Below are positions 6,992-16,281 of a stretch of 64,000 nucleotides of DNA, piece by piece. The notes under the pieces are model-generated. The model saw only the letters and a program-made list of their open reading frames with translations. It did not search any database and was not told the DNA's origin. The stretch's first letter is position 1; every line of letters begins with the position of its first letter. A program made the position numbers and the translations under genes. The DNA comes from an uncultured virus (IMG/VR IMGVR_UViG_3300005617_000584) (taxonomy: Duplodnaviria; Heunggongvirae; Uroviricota; Caudoviricetes), in IMG/VR virus record IMGVR_UViG_3300005617_000584; one strand, given 5' to 3'.

Positions 6992-7283
6992 CATGGACGT
7001 CCACATGGCGGGCGTGCTCGATTCCTACAAGTGCTGCGAAACATGTCGGTACGGTCAGGGTCAGCCTGGCTTCGAGTTGATCTGCCTGCTCGACGATACC
7101 CCGGTGCCGTGTCGGAATCTCTGTAACGCTTGGAACATCGTACGCATCTCTACTACATTCCTGAGTGGGCGCCGCGTTCGGCGGCAACAGCCGCCCTGGG
7201 ATTCCGCCCACGAAAAGGCCGAACTCTTAGCGCTCAAGCAGTCAGATCGGGGTATCGTTCAGCGGCAGGACCCGGCGCTTTGA
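6981..7283 (+). CDS. Small Cys-rich protein, paralog of the upstream gene
   Basis: CETCRY...ICLLDD...LC; 3' end overlaps tRNA-Gln. Confidence 0.65.
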   Translation: MPIDMDVHMAGVLDSYKCCETCRYGQGQPGFELICLLDDTPVPCRNLCNAWNIVRISTTFLSGRRVRRQQPPWDSAHEKAELLALKQSDRGIVQRQDPAL

Positions 7284-7318
7284 ACGCCACAACGGAGGTT
7301 CGACTCCTCCTACCCCGG
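7248..7318 (+). tRNA. tRNA-Gln(TTG)
   Basis: cggggta/taccccg acceptor, ggcg-ctTTGaa-cgcc, ggagg-ttcgact-cctcc. Confidence 0.88.
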
Positions 7319-7369
7319 CATTTCCATGAGCACGAAGTGGAAACACCGCGTTATACTAGTGTATGGGCA

Positions 7370-7651
7370 ATGACAATGAAGCAGGAACGAGAGATAACGG
7401 ACAAGGCGTGGCAGGAACTGGTGATGCGGGCGTGGGCGGATCACATCCTGAACACCTGCCAGCCAACTCCGAACACCTGCCAGCCAACTCCAACGCAGAG
7501 TCCAGCGGCGCTGGCGCTCCGGACCCGATCGCGCCGGTCGGAGCGGGCGAAGCTAGCGTGGGCGAACCGGTCGGGACACTCCAAGGCCATATCGATAGCA
7601 AACCTGAAAAGCGGAAATTCGGGTCGCGGTGGGCCAAGAAAACAGCTGTAA
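7370..7651 (+). CDS. Hypothetical basic protein sharing the RSERAKLAWANRS motif with 9453-9743
   Basis: Frame supported by mostly third-position differences against the 9651-9722 copy. Confidence 0.55.
   Translation: MTMKQEREITDKAWQELVMRAWADHILNTCQPTPNTCQPTPTQSPAALALRTRSRRSERAKLAWANRSGHSKAISIANLKSGNSGRGGPRKQL
7450..7491 (+). repeat. 21-bp perfect tandem duplication
   Basis: gaacacctgccagccaactcc x2. Confidence 0.95.
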
Positions 7652-7778
7652 CGCCGCCCCGGACCCCGAACGATCGCTCAGGATGGCTCCACGGCCCCGA
7701 TTGCCGGTGCTCCATGCTCGCATGCCGAGCCGAGCGCCGCAACCCGCCTACGTAAACGCCCGGCTCTGGTATACTCTC

Positions 7779-7988
7779 ATGAACAAATTCGACACGGCGA
7801 CGGAGTCGATCGCGGAACGCCTGTGGAAGGTGCTCGAGAGGGAGCTGGCCAATGATGCCATCACGGAGCTACAGCTTCGGCGTACCTTTACCGAGGAGCT
7901 GGCGAATGCGCTGGCGGAGATACTGGTGCAGACATTTGTGGATACAGGCGCAGTAAAATCTTTGGTCGAAGCCAATGGACAAGAATAA
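7779..7988 (+). CDS. Small hypothetical protein
   Basis: ATG directly downstream of TGgTATACT (extended -10-like; possibly leaderless). Confidence 0.55.
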   Translation: MNKFDTATESIAERLWKVLERELANDAITELQLRRTFTEELANALAEILVQTFVDTGAVKSLVEANGQE

Positions 7989-8238
7989 GCTCCAGGTGCT
8001 GCGCGGGATCGGGTACGAGGTCAAGGGGTGCTGTGGGCTCTGCCAGCACGCCGACCTGGCCCAGGATCTGTGGGGGACGTGCAAGCGGTTTGGGTACGAG
8101 CATCAGAAGCACTCAGACAGCGCCCGTGAGGTGAGCATCCATGCCTACGGCTCCTGTCCTGACTTCACGGTGGATCTGGCGCGCTCCGGCGCGCTTCGAC
8201 GCTTTATCAATCTCGTGGAAGGGAGTGCATCACCATGA
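7975..8238 (+). CDS. Small Cys-rich protein
   Basis: CCGLCQH...GTCKR...GSCPDF; coupled to the rtcB start. Confidence 0.65.
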   Translation: MDKNKLQVLRGIGYEVKGCCGLCQHADLAQDLWGTCKRFGYEHQKHSDSAREVSIHAYGSCPDFTVDLARSGALRRFINLVEGSASP

Positions 8239-9452
8239 AGGTGTTCTCGGAGCAGGGGAAGGTAGACATGAAGGTCTGGAACGGCACCATGGAGGTGGAT
8301 CACCAGGCCATGGCTCAGATCCGGAACGTGGCGAGCCTGCCGATCGTGTGGCCGCACGTGGCCGTGATGCCGGATTATCACGTGGGGATCGGGTGCACCA
8401 TCGGCACCGTCACCCCGACCGTGAAGGCGATCATCCCGTCGACCGTAGGTGTCGATCTCAACTGCGGCATGATGGCTCTTCAGACCGACATCAACGCCAA
8501 CGATCTGAAGCTCGACCGCCTCTTCAAAGAGATCGAGGAAGCCATCCCGGTTGGGGGGCCTGGCGTGAAGGGATCATGGACCGAGGAAGCCCGCCACGGG
8601 GCGCCCAAGGATGTCGAGGCCCACTGGGAACGGATCGATGCCGACTACCGCGCCCTCATCGCGCGGCATCCCAAGATCCAGGGGACGACCTACACGCAGC
8701 TCGGCACGCTCGGGACAGGCAATCACTTCATCGAGGTTACGATCGAGAAGGGCGGCACCCGTGTGTGGCTGGTCCTGCATTCCGGCAGCCGAGGCCTGGG
8801 CAACCGGATCGGTACGTATTTCATCAGCAAGGCCCGTGAAGAGTGGATGAAGGACCCGGAGCGCATCACGCTCCCGGACAAGGATCTGGCGTGGCTGAAG
8901 GAGGGCACGCCGATCTTTGATGACTACGTGGCAGGGATCAAGGTGGCGACGAAGTTCGCGGAGCTCAACCGGGTCAACATGATGTACCGGCTGCTCGGCG
9001 TCCTCGAAACGCACCTCGACAAGAAGGTGGACACCGGGGGGCACGTGATTTCGTGTCACCATAACTACGTGAGCAAGGAGCGGCACTACGGTCAGGATGT
9101 CTGGGTCACGCGCAAAGGCGCGGTGAGCGCGAAGCTGGGCGAGTACGGTATCATTCCCGGATCCATGGGCAAGGAGGCCCTCACGTACATCGTGACCGGG
9201 CGTGGTAACCCGGAATCGTTCACCACATGCTCGCATGGAGCGGGACGCAACATGAGCCGCTCCAGGGCCAAGGTGGAAATCACCCTCGACGAGCATGTAC
9301 TGGCGACGGAGGGCGTCGTATGCCGGAAGGATCTCGACGTCATCGACGAGTCCCCCAGGGCCTACAAGAACATCGAAGACGTGATGGCCGCCCAGGCGGA
9401 TCTCGTGAAGGTGGAGTATGCGCTCGAGAAAATTCTCAACATCAAGGGCTGA
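8235..9452 (+). CDS. rtcB: RNA-splicing/repair ligase RtcB
   Basis: MPDYHVGIG, GVDLNCGM, LGTLGTGNHFIE, HSGSRG, HHNY, RKGA, IPGSMG, SHGAGR, DESPRAYK motifs. Confidence 0.97.
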   Translation: MKVFSEQGKVDMKVWNGTMEVDHQAMAQIRNVASLPIVWPHVAVMPDYHVGIGCTIGTVTPTVKAIIPSTVGVDLNCGMMALQTDINANDLKLDRLFKEIEEAIPVGGPGVKGSWTEEARHGAPKDVEAHWERIDADYRALIARHPKIQGTTYTQLGTLGTGNHFIEVTIEKGGTRVWLVLHSGSRGLGNRIGTYFISKAREEWMKDPERITLPDKDLAWLKEGTPIFDDYVAGIKVATKFAELNRVNMMYRLLGVLETHLDKKVDTGGHVISCHHNYVSKERHYGQDVWVTRKGAVSAKLGEYGIIPGSMGKEALTYIVTGRGNPESFTTCSHGAGRNMSRSRAKVEITLDEHVLATEGVVCRKDLDVIDESPRAYKNIEDVMAAQADLVKVEYALEKILNIKG

Positions 9453-9743
9453 ATGAATCCCAATGAAGGAGACCGATGCCACGAGGACGTCCTCGTCAAC
9501 CCATCTGTCCGACCTGCAAAATCCGGCCAAAGGCCCCTAAGCAATCCTACTGCTCGGAGTGTACGCGCCTCCGAGCTCGAAAGGCTCCTCGAATCGATCT
9601 TGATACCGACCGCCGCTCGGTGGCCGTTGCGGATAACCCAGCAGCGGTTCCGGTCGGAGCGCGCGAAGCTAGCGTGGGCGAACCGATCAGCACATTCTAA
9701 AGCACGATCGCTGGAAAACCTCCGACCTCGTGTTGCCCAATAA
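9453..9743 (+). CDS. Hypothetical basic protein (RSERAKLAWANRS motif)
   Basis: Paralogous C-terminal segment; the overlapping CxxC ORF 9476-9700 makes the N-terminal frame uncertain. Confidence 0.45.
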   Translation: MNPNEGDRCHEDVLVNPSVRPAKSGQRPLSNPTARSVRASELERLLESILIPTAARWPLRITQQRFRSERAKLAWANRSAHSKARSLENLRPRVAQ

Positions 9744-9750
9744 AGCAGCA

Positions 9751-9787
9751 AATGGCGTAAAGGCAAAATAGCTGCCTTTACGCCATT
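9751..9787 (+). terminator. 15-bp perfect hairpin, terminator-like
   Basis: aatggcgtaaaggca-aaatagc-tgcctttacgccatt, followed by a weak U tract. Confidence 0.6.
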
Positions 9788-9949
9788 GTTGTCTCCGATA
9801 CCCTCGATATTAACGCATCGCGTGATTCCCTAAGGGGCACTATCCGTTTCCGTCACGCATCGGTAACTTGAAGAGGTGCCGATGCCGCCTGTGGGTGATC
9901 CAGTGGCTCGGAGTCTCTTGAAAGTTTTCCACCATCATCCACTGGAGAA

Positions 9950-10549
9950 GTGCTTTTGATGGAATTACGGATCGACGATACTCCATCAGAACCAGGGCGC
10001 GATCACTATCCGTCCTTCGATCATGGGCTGATGTTTCTCACCGCCCCAGAAGGCCAGCTCATTTTCGATATCGATTGCCACTCACACGCGGAGGGACGTT
10101 TAATCAATGTTTTCGGCGCTATCTACTGGGAGCCCAGCGCCCGCGCTCGCTCCCCAACGCGCCCGGCGGATCATGTTGCCTCCATGATCTATCTTGGTCG
10201 CCTGAATGCGATGCGTTTCGAGATCCCCCTACGTCTCGTCGAGGTCTACTTCGAGCTGTATCCGCCGACCTCCGCGCACGAAAAGGCGATGTGGCTTCAG
10301 GAAGCGGGCAAGGCGCGCAACATTCTGCCTTGGCTCGCGCGCGATATCGTGGGCGCGCTCGACGCTATCCTCTTGTCCAAAGACTGCAAGGAGCCGTTCT
10401 CGATGGGACGACCAAAGAAAGAAGACGAGTGTCAATCCCCCAAGGAGCTCCCCAATGGCCAGACCGTGACGTGTAAGCGGCGCATCAACCATTCTGGTCC
10501 CCATACGTGCGGACAGTACACGTGGAGGTCATACAATGAGAACCGCTGA
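9950..10549 (+). CDS. Hypothetical protein with C-terminal C..C.H.H.C motif
   Basis: 199-aa ORF; ggag RBS. Confidence 0.65.
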   Translation: MLLMELRIDDTPSEPGRDHYPSFDHGLMFLTAPEGQLIFDIDCHSHAEGRLINVFGAIYWEPSARARSPTRPADHVASMIYLGRLNAMRFEIPLRLVEVYFELYPPTSAHEKAMWLQEAGKARNILPWLARDIVGALDAILLSKDCKEPFSMGRPKKEDECQSPKELPNGQTVTCKRRINHSGPHTCGQYTWRSYNENR

Positions 10550-10838
10550 ACAGACCAAGGCGTACAATGCCAAACGTCGAGGCCCACACAAGCGCTACAA
10601 CCCCACCTCCAAGGCCACCACCCGATCCTGGCCGGTTATCTTCCGTGATGGGCGGCCACTTCCGAGCGATCAATCTGTGGATAGCGTCATCACCATCTTC
10701 GATGGGACCGGGAAACCGCGCGAATTCATCGATCCCACCACGCGTATCGCGGTCGAGGCTGTCGCCCCCTACCGGCGCCTCGGATGCCGCCGTGATGCGA
10801 AAGACATGGAACCGGAACTGGAACCGGCCGAGGTATAA
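10536..10838 (+). CDS. Hypothetical protein
   Basis: ggaggt RBS, overlaps upstream stop. Confidence 0.6.
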   Translation: MRTAEQTKAYNAKRRGPHKRYNPTSKATTRSWPVIFRDGRPLPSDQSVDSVITIFDGTGKPREFIDPTTRIAVEAVAPYRRLGCRRDAKDMEPELEPAEV

Positions 10839-10859
10839 TAGGAGTAAGGAGGGTCATCC

Positions 10860-11306
10860 ATGAAGGCTGATCTGCTGTGGCAGAAAAACCGCGACACCCT
10901 GCCCTTTACCGATGTCAAGCCCTGGGACATGTATCCGAACACCGGACCGATCTGGGACGAGGGGCGCCGGGGTGGTCGCTACATCAGCCCCTACGCCGAT
11001 TCCCCACTGCTCCCGCGCCGTCGTCGCCCGCAGCTTCCGCCCGAGCTCGAGCCGCCTGACTACGACGAACCCTTGGTGGCCTGCATCAAGTGCGGTATGA
11101 CCGTGCCGGGTGGCTTCACATACAACGGGCTCTGCGGGCCGTGCGAGGTCGTGCGCTTCAAGAAGCTCGGCGGCGGTATGCCCCCCGATGGCATCCCGTA
11201 CCCACCGTCGCGGCCCGTGGAAATTCCCACACCATCACCTGCAAAACCCGAGGTTCAGCCTTCCCCGCTCGGCAGTAAAGGAAAGCGTGTCTTCTCGGAC
11301 GACTAA
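10860..11306 (+). CDS. Pro-rich hypothetical protein with two CxxC pairs
   Basis: aaggagg RBS; TATAAT at ~10834. Confidence 0.65.
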   Translation: MKADLLWQKNRDTLPFTDVKPWDMYPNTGPIWDEGRRGGRYISPYADSPLLPRRRRPQLPPELEPPDYDEPLVACIKCGMTVPGGFTYNGLCGPCEVVRFKKLGGGMPPDGIPYPPSRPVEIPTPSPAKPEVQPSPLGSKGKRVFSDD

Positions 11307-11711
11307 GAAGCCGCGTCCAAAGGGGACCGCTCCCTACGACTACGTTGACGACCGGCGTGGATACTTCGCGACGGTCGTCAACGTGACCAAGCACGCGATC
11401 ATTCTCACGGAGTATCCCGCCACCCTGCTGTCAATCGGCCGCGCTGGACTGTTGACTGGTGAGGCCCTGAAAGAATACGAGGCGCTTGTCCATGTCCCAA
11501 TGCCTGGAGTGTCAGAAGCCGTTCCTCACGTCCCAAGCCAAGATCGGCATCACGTGGTTGACGCGGGACATCTGTGAGGCGTGCCGCGCGAAGGCCGAGC
11601 TCATCCCGGATCGGCCGTGCGTCACGAACTTGGTGGGTAACACCACCGGCCATGCCGCGTCATGAAACTGTGTGCGCGGTGCAAAGCGCGGCTACGGACT
11701 GAGTCCCATGT

Positions 11712-12269
11712 ATGGTGTTTAGAATGCCAAAACGAGGCGCGAAAAAACTCTCCAAGTTACGCCGCCGCCCGTGGCCGAGTGAAAAAAGGAAAGCGATTGC
11801 CGCTGTTGTCTACCGGCTCACAGCTCCCGCTCCCGTCCTAGCGCTCGCGCCGCCTGGCGACGTCCGAATCTGGGTGCCGGGTCCCGTGATGGCACCCAAT
11901 ACGCTCTGGGTCAAAGACCGCTACGCCCGCGCCGCGATTGTCAAGCTCTCACGCACCAAGGCGCAGATCTTTGCCCGCGCCAGTCGCCAGGCGCCGATCC
12001 CCGCCCCCGCCGCTGTAACGTTTATCATGGTGCGCCACCGACTATTGGATGAAAACTCGGTGGCGTATGCCATGAAGTCGCTCCAGGACGGCATCACGGA
12101 TATCCTCCTCCCAAATGGCGACGGCCCCTCCAGTGGCTATGCCTTCTACTATCACCAAGTGAAGGGCCAAAAGGCCGAAGAGGGGGTGTTGGTCACCATT
12201 TCCTCACGGGAACCCCTCGTGAAGTCTCCAGTTCCTCGTATTTCCCTCTCAGTTGCTCACAAAAGTTGA
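11712..12269 (+). CDS. Possible RusA-like Holliday junction resolvase/nuclease
   Basis: R..LDEN....KSLQDG...D pattern resembles the RusA catalytic motif. Confidence 0.5.
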   Translation: MVFRMPKRGAKKLSKLRRRPWPSEKRKAIAAVVYRLTAPAPVLALAPPGDVRIWVPGPVMAPNTLWVKDRYARAAIVKLSRTKAQIFARASRQAPIPAPAAVTFIMVRHRLLDENSVAYAMKSLQDGITDILLPNGDGPSSGYAFYYHQVKGQKAEEGVLVTISSREPLVKSPVPRISLSVAHKS

Positions 12270-12300
12270 TCTGGGGACTATATAGTCCCACACTTGAACT

Positions 12301-13323
12301 ATGGCAAAGCGCCGCAAGATTGATTTGGACGGCATGAAAGCGAATCCGTTTGCAAATTATTCAGGGGAGCGGCTCAGCCCGACCCCCATACGGCGCTGTG
12401 GGATGTGTGGCGTTGATGTGACCTTGACGAGCATCCAGGTGCACTTGAAAGAGGTGCATCCGGAAGTGACCCCGGAGATGTACCTCACGGAATATCCGGA
12501 CGGCATGCCGCTCGTGATCGATATGCCACCGTTGGGAATGCGGGTAGAAGATATCCCGCCCATGTCATCGCCGCCGCTGACCTTGGCGCTCGTGACGGAT
12601 GATGAAGCGGCCGCGCATCCAGGAGGCCGGGAAGCGGCGCAAATCGAAAAGACGATCGAGGAGCTCGAGCGCAAGGCCTATCACGAGGATGTCGTGGCCC
12701 TCATTGGGAACGGCTATCCCCCCTCGTTCGAAGTCGCGACGACGGCCTACAACATGCTTCAGGTGCGTCGGGTGCGCTCGACGATCGAGCAGGCCCGCTC
12801 CAACTCCGGCGAGCGCTACGTCGATACCGATTACCTGGATCTCCTGGCGGCGATGGAGAACCGGACCCGTGAGGGCATCAAGCTCCTCGAGAAGATGAAG
12901 GCGGATCAGATCAAGCTCCAACCGCAGGACGATCCGTCGAAGCTGATCGCGAACGAGCTCGGAGAAGCGGAGCGCTGGATTCAAAACCACATTGGGGAAT
13001 TTACTGAACGGTGTCCCAAGTGTGGCGATCTCGTGACGCCCCCGAACTTGCCCCACTGGGCGTTTGAGCGCCTGGAGACCTCCCACGGCCCTGCCTGGCC
13101 GGTCTGGTCTCGTGAATTGTGGGAACTCGTACTGGAAAAGTCGGTGTTCCCTTGGGAAATGGCGTACGTGCTGCGCACGTCGATCGAAGGACTCCGTCAG
13201 ACCTGTGTGCGACGGGGTGATGAATGGCCAGAGTGGATTGATATTTCTGAGCAAGAACGCATCCTGGGCCAGCGCCTACTGAGAAATGACCAGAAGACGC
13301 TTGTAGGCGACTTCATCACCTAA
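12301..13323 (+). CDS. Hypothetical protein, candidate terminase small subunit
   Basis: 340 aa with a CxxC..H..H finger and helical middle; first gene of the late block upstream of the terminase large subunit. Confidence 0.5.
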   Translation: MAKRRKIDLDGMKANPFANYSGERLSPTPIRRCGMCGVDVTLTSIQVHLKEVHPEVTPEMYLTEYPDGMPLVIDMPPLGMRVEDIPPMSSPPLTLALVTDDEAAAHPGGREAAQIEKTIEELERKAYHEDVVALIGNGYPPSFEVATTAYNMLQVRRVRSTIEQARSNSGERYVDTDYLDLLAAMENRTREGIKLLEKMKADQIKLQPQDDPSKLIANELGEAERWIQNHIGEFTERCPKCGDLVTPPNLPHWAFERLETSHGPAWPVWSRELWELVLEKSVFPWEMAYVLRTSIEGLRQTCVRRGDEWPEWIDISEQERILGQRLLRNDQKTLVGDFIT

Positions 13324-13341
13324 CTACGACGGAGAACTTCT

Positions 13342-13728
13342 ATGGCACTAGTCGTTCCAAATGTGGGCGAAGCAGTCATGCTGGCGCTGATCCTCACGCC
13401 GAATTTGACGCTGAAGCTCTACACGAACAACATCACTCCTGGGGAAACCGACACCGATTCAACGTATACCGAAGCGTCGGGCAGTGGCTATCTCGCCAAA
13501 GCCCTCGTCTTCGCCGATTGGACGATTACACCTGGCGCCCCGTCTGAAGCAGCGGCCCCGCAGCAAACATTTACCTTCTCGGGCGCCCTGGGTGCGGTCT
13601 ACGGATACTTCGTAATTCGAGCGAGCGACGGCGTCTTGTTGTGGGCGGAACGTCTCCCCACAGCCCCGTTTACGGTGGCCAATTCTGGCGACCAAATCAA
13701 GATCACGCCCAAGTTCAGCTTGGATTAA
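13342..13728 (+). CDS. Small virion structural (fibre-associated) protein
   Basis: LKLYT...TEASGSGY...TFTFSG...VYGYFV...LLWAE...DQIKIT pattern; resembles 13741-14175 and 54720-55301. Confidence 0.7.
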   Translation: MALVVPNVGEAVMLALILTPNLTLKLYTNNITPGETDTDSTYTEASGSGYLAKALVFADWTITPGAPSEAAAPQQTFTFSGALGAVYGYFVIRASDGVLLWAERLPTAPFTVANSGDQIKITPKFSLD

Positions 13729-13740
13729 GAGGAGATACCC

Positions 13741-14175
13741 ATGGCCGGATTCGTGAAGTTTGAAGCCACTGTTGAACATTTCATGACCAAGGTCCACGAC
13801 TTGCTGGGGACCGGTGGCTCGATCGATGCCATCAAGGTCTACCTCAGCAATACCGCCCCCGATGTCGCGACCGATGCCGTCAAGGCTGACATGGCGGAAT
13901 TCGCGGGTGGCACGGGCTATACCGCTGGCGGTGCCTCCGTGACGCCCGTCGGTACGCGCACGGGCGGCACCTATACGCTCGCGGGCACTGACATCGTCTG
14001 GACGGCAGGCGCCGGGGACTGGGTCGCTTTCCGCTATGCCGTCTTGTACAACGACACTCCCTCGTCGCCTGCGGATCCGCTGTTGGGCTATTGGGACTAC
14101 GGCAGTGCGCTGACGCTGGGGAACGGTGAAACGTTCACCCTCGACTTCGGCGCCAGCATCTTTACCTTGGCCTAA
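13741..14175 (+). CDS. Small virion structural (fibre-associated) protein
   Basis: GTGYTAGG...DIVWTA...RYAVLYNDT...LLGYWDYGS..TLGNGETFTLDF; aggag RBS. Confidence 0.75.
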   Translation: MAGFVKFEATVEHFMTKVHDLLGTGGSIDAIKVYLSNTAPDVATDAVKADMAEFAGGTGYTAGGASVTPVGTRTGGTYTLAGTDIVWTAGAGDWVAFRYAVLYNDTPSSPADPLLGYWDYGSALTLGNGETFTLDFGASIFTLA

Positions 14176-14179
14176 CCCC

Positions 14180-14386
14180 ATGCCCGGCCTCATCACGCAA
14201 GCGTCCCAGTTCCGGGTGGGCGGCGACGGCAAGCTGAATACCTGTTGCCAGCAACCCGAGAACATGGGGATCGAGGTCAAGACAAGCTCACGAAATCTGT
14301 ACGTCAAGCTCTGCCGGGTCTGCGATCGGCGGCATTTTCGCATGGTCGCTGAGCCTGGCCGTCTTGGTGTCACGCCCAGTCCCTAG
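14180..14386 (+). CDS. Small Cys-rich protein
   Basis: CC...CRVCDRRH. Confidence 0.55.
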   Translation: MPGLITQASQFRVGGDGKLNTCCQQPENMGIEVKTSSRNLYVKLCRVCDRRHFRMVAEPGRLGVTPSP

Positions 14387-14403
14387 ACTCGAAAGGAACG
14401 TCG

Positions 14404-16281
14404 ATGCGTCATCTGATTTGTGCGGTCTTGATTGTGATCAGCCTGGCGAGTACCGCTGCGGCACAGCTCTTTGCGGATCGCGTCCGTGAAACCACGACGA
14501 CCACGGGCACCGGCACGGTCAATCTCGGGGGCGCGGTCACGAGTTATCGCACCTTCGTCGTCGGGATCGGCACCGGGAACGAAACGTACTACTGCATTGT
14601 CCACCGCACAGCGGCGGAATGGGAATGTGGAATCGGCACGGTCACGGATGCCGCCACAGATACACTCTCCCGTGATACCGTCCTGAGCTCGAGTACCGGC
14701 TCGGCTGTCAGCTTCAGTGCTGGAACCAAAGACGCCTTCGCGTCCGTCCCCGCCGCCTTTTATACCGCTGCCGTCACCGCTGCCACCGACTTGGTCGCAA
14801 ATACCATTCCGAAAGCGGTCGATGCCCATACCGTCACAAATTCCTGTATCAGCGACAACGGCACCACGGTCACGATTGATCCCACCTGTACGGGCGGCAT
14901 CGTCGCCCCCAGCTTCAACGGCAGCGGATCGGGCATTGCTGTGTATGGCGGCGCCGAAGGAACGGTGCCCTCGCCAGCGGCCTCGGGCAACTGGTTGCTT
15001 GCCATGGACAGTACCGCGCACAAAGTCGAGCTCAGTCAGCACGGGGGCGGCTTTCTTCCGATCCTCGTCGATCCGGTGCCCTCCGGGACCGCCATCGCTG
15101 GCAGCCTCCTCGGCACCGCCATCACGGCGCCGGGCACTCCGGCCTCCGGGAAGGGCTCCATCTATCTCGACAGCACCTCCAAGAACCTAGCCGTCAAAGA
15201 TGATGCGGGCGTCGTCAAGCACGGCGCTCAGACCATCACGTGTACCTCGGGCGATTTCGTGAGTGCACTGTCCGATGCCGGGGTCTTCACGTGCGGCACG
15301 CCAGCGGGCGGCGGGGGTGGGGTCGCAGTCAACACCCAAACGTTCAGCGCCGATGGCACCTGGACTAAGCCCTCGAGCGTCTTAGCCTGTCGAGCTCTGG
15401 TCTGTGGCTCAGGCGGTGGGGGCGGTGGTGGACAAGGCGCGGCCGTTTCAACGATTCGCTCGGGCGGCGGCGGGGGCGGCGGGGGAATTTGCCGCACCGC
15501 CTTTTTCCGCGCGTCCGACCTCAGTGGGACGGAAGCCGTTACTGCGCCTGCCGGGGGCTCGGGTGGGTCAGCGGGATCCTCGGCAGCGGGCGGTGATGGC
15601 GCTAGCGGTGGCACCGCATCCTTCGGCGCCAAGCTCCAAGCATTCGGGGGCGGTGGCGGCGCCGGGCATACAGCGGGTGCTGCAGCGGGCTCCGGCGCGG
15701 GATGTACGGGAGCGGGAGTTGCGGCGACAAACGCCACTGGGACAACCGGGGGCGCCTGTTTCGTTGTCGGACTCGTCACAGGATCTACCTCGACTGATAG
15801 CAATCTCGGCGCGTCTGGGCCTGCCCCGCTGACGCCAGGTTCGCCTGGCAACGGCTCGAGCGGCGGGGGCGCATCCGGCGCCGCCAGCTCGTCGAACGGT
15901 ACCGCGTCAACGAATGGCGGCGGCACCTCCCTCATCTCAGGTGGCGGCGGTGGTGCCGGGGGTGGCGTCAATGCCGCGAACCCGGGGACCGCGCAAGCAG
16001 GCACCGATGGTGGGCAGTCAGGCGGCGCTGTATCGGCCACCTCTGGAGGCGGTGGACCAGGCGGTGCTGCAGGATCAGCGGGCACTCCAGGCGCAGCAGG
16101 CACGGGCGCCTCGGGCGGATCTGGAGGTGGCGGCGGCGGATCGAGTGCTTCGACGACCGGCGCGACCGGCGCGGTCGGTGGTGTTGGCGGCGGGGGCGGC
16201 GGAGGCGGTGGCGCAGGGACCAGCACTGGTGGAGCCGGAGGCAATGGCGGCGCCGCGTGGGTGGTCGTAACGTGCTGGTAA
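14404..16281 (+). CDS. Glycine-rich fibre-like protein with signal-peptide-like N-terminus
   Basis: MRHLICAVLIVISLASTAAA-Q; DRVRETTTTTGTGT domain; long Gly-rich C-terminal domain after TFSADGTWTKP. Confidence 0.85.
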   Translation: MRHLICAVLIVISLASTAAAQLFADRVRETTTTTGTGTVNLGGAVTSYRTFVVGIGTGNETYYCIVHRTAAEWECGIGTVTDAATDTLSRDTVLSSSTGSAVSFSAGTKDAFASVPAAFYTAAVTAATDLVANTIPKAVDAHTVTNSCISDNGTTVTIDPTCTGGIVAPSFNGSGSGIAVYGGAEGTVPSPAASGNWLLAMDSTAHKVELSQHGGGFLPILVDPVPSGTAIAGSLLGTAITAPGTPASGKGSIYLDSTSKNLAVKDDAGVVKHGAQTITCTSGDFVSALSDAGVFTCGTPAGGGGGVAVNTQTFSADGTWTKPSSVLACRALVCGSGGGGGGGQGAAVSTIRSGGGGGGGGICRTAFFRASDLSGTEAVTAPAGGSGGSAGSSAAGGDGASGGTASFGAKLQAFGGGGGAGHTAGAAAGSGAGCTGAGVAATNATGTTGGACFVVGLVTGSTSTDSNLGASGPAPLTPGSPGNGSSGGGASGAASSSNGTASTNGGGTSLISGGGGGAGGGVNAANPGTAQAGTDGGQSGGAVSATSGGGGPGGAAGSAGTPGAAGTGASGGSGGGGGGSSASTTGATGAVGGVGGGGGGGGGAGTSTGGAGGNGGAAWVVVTCW

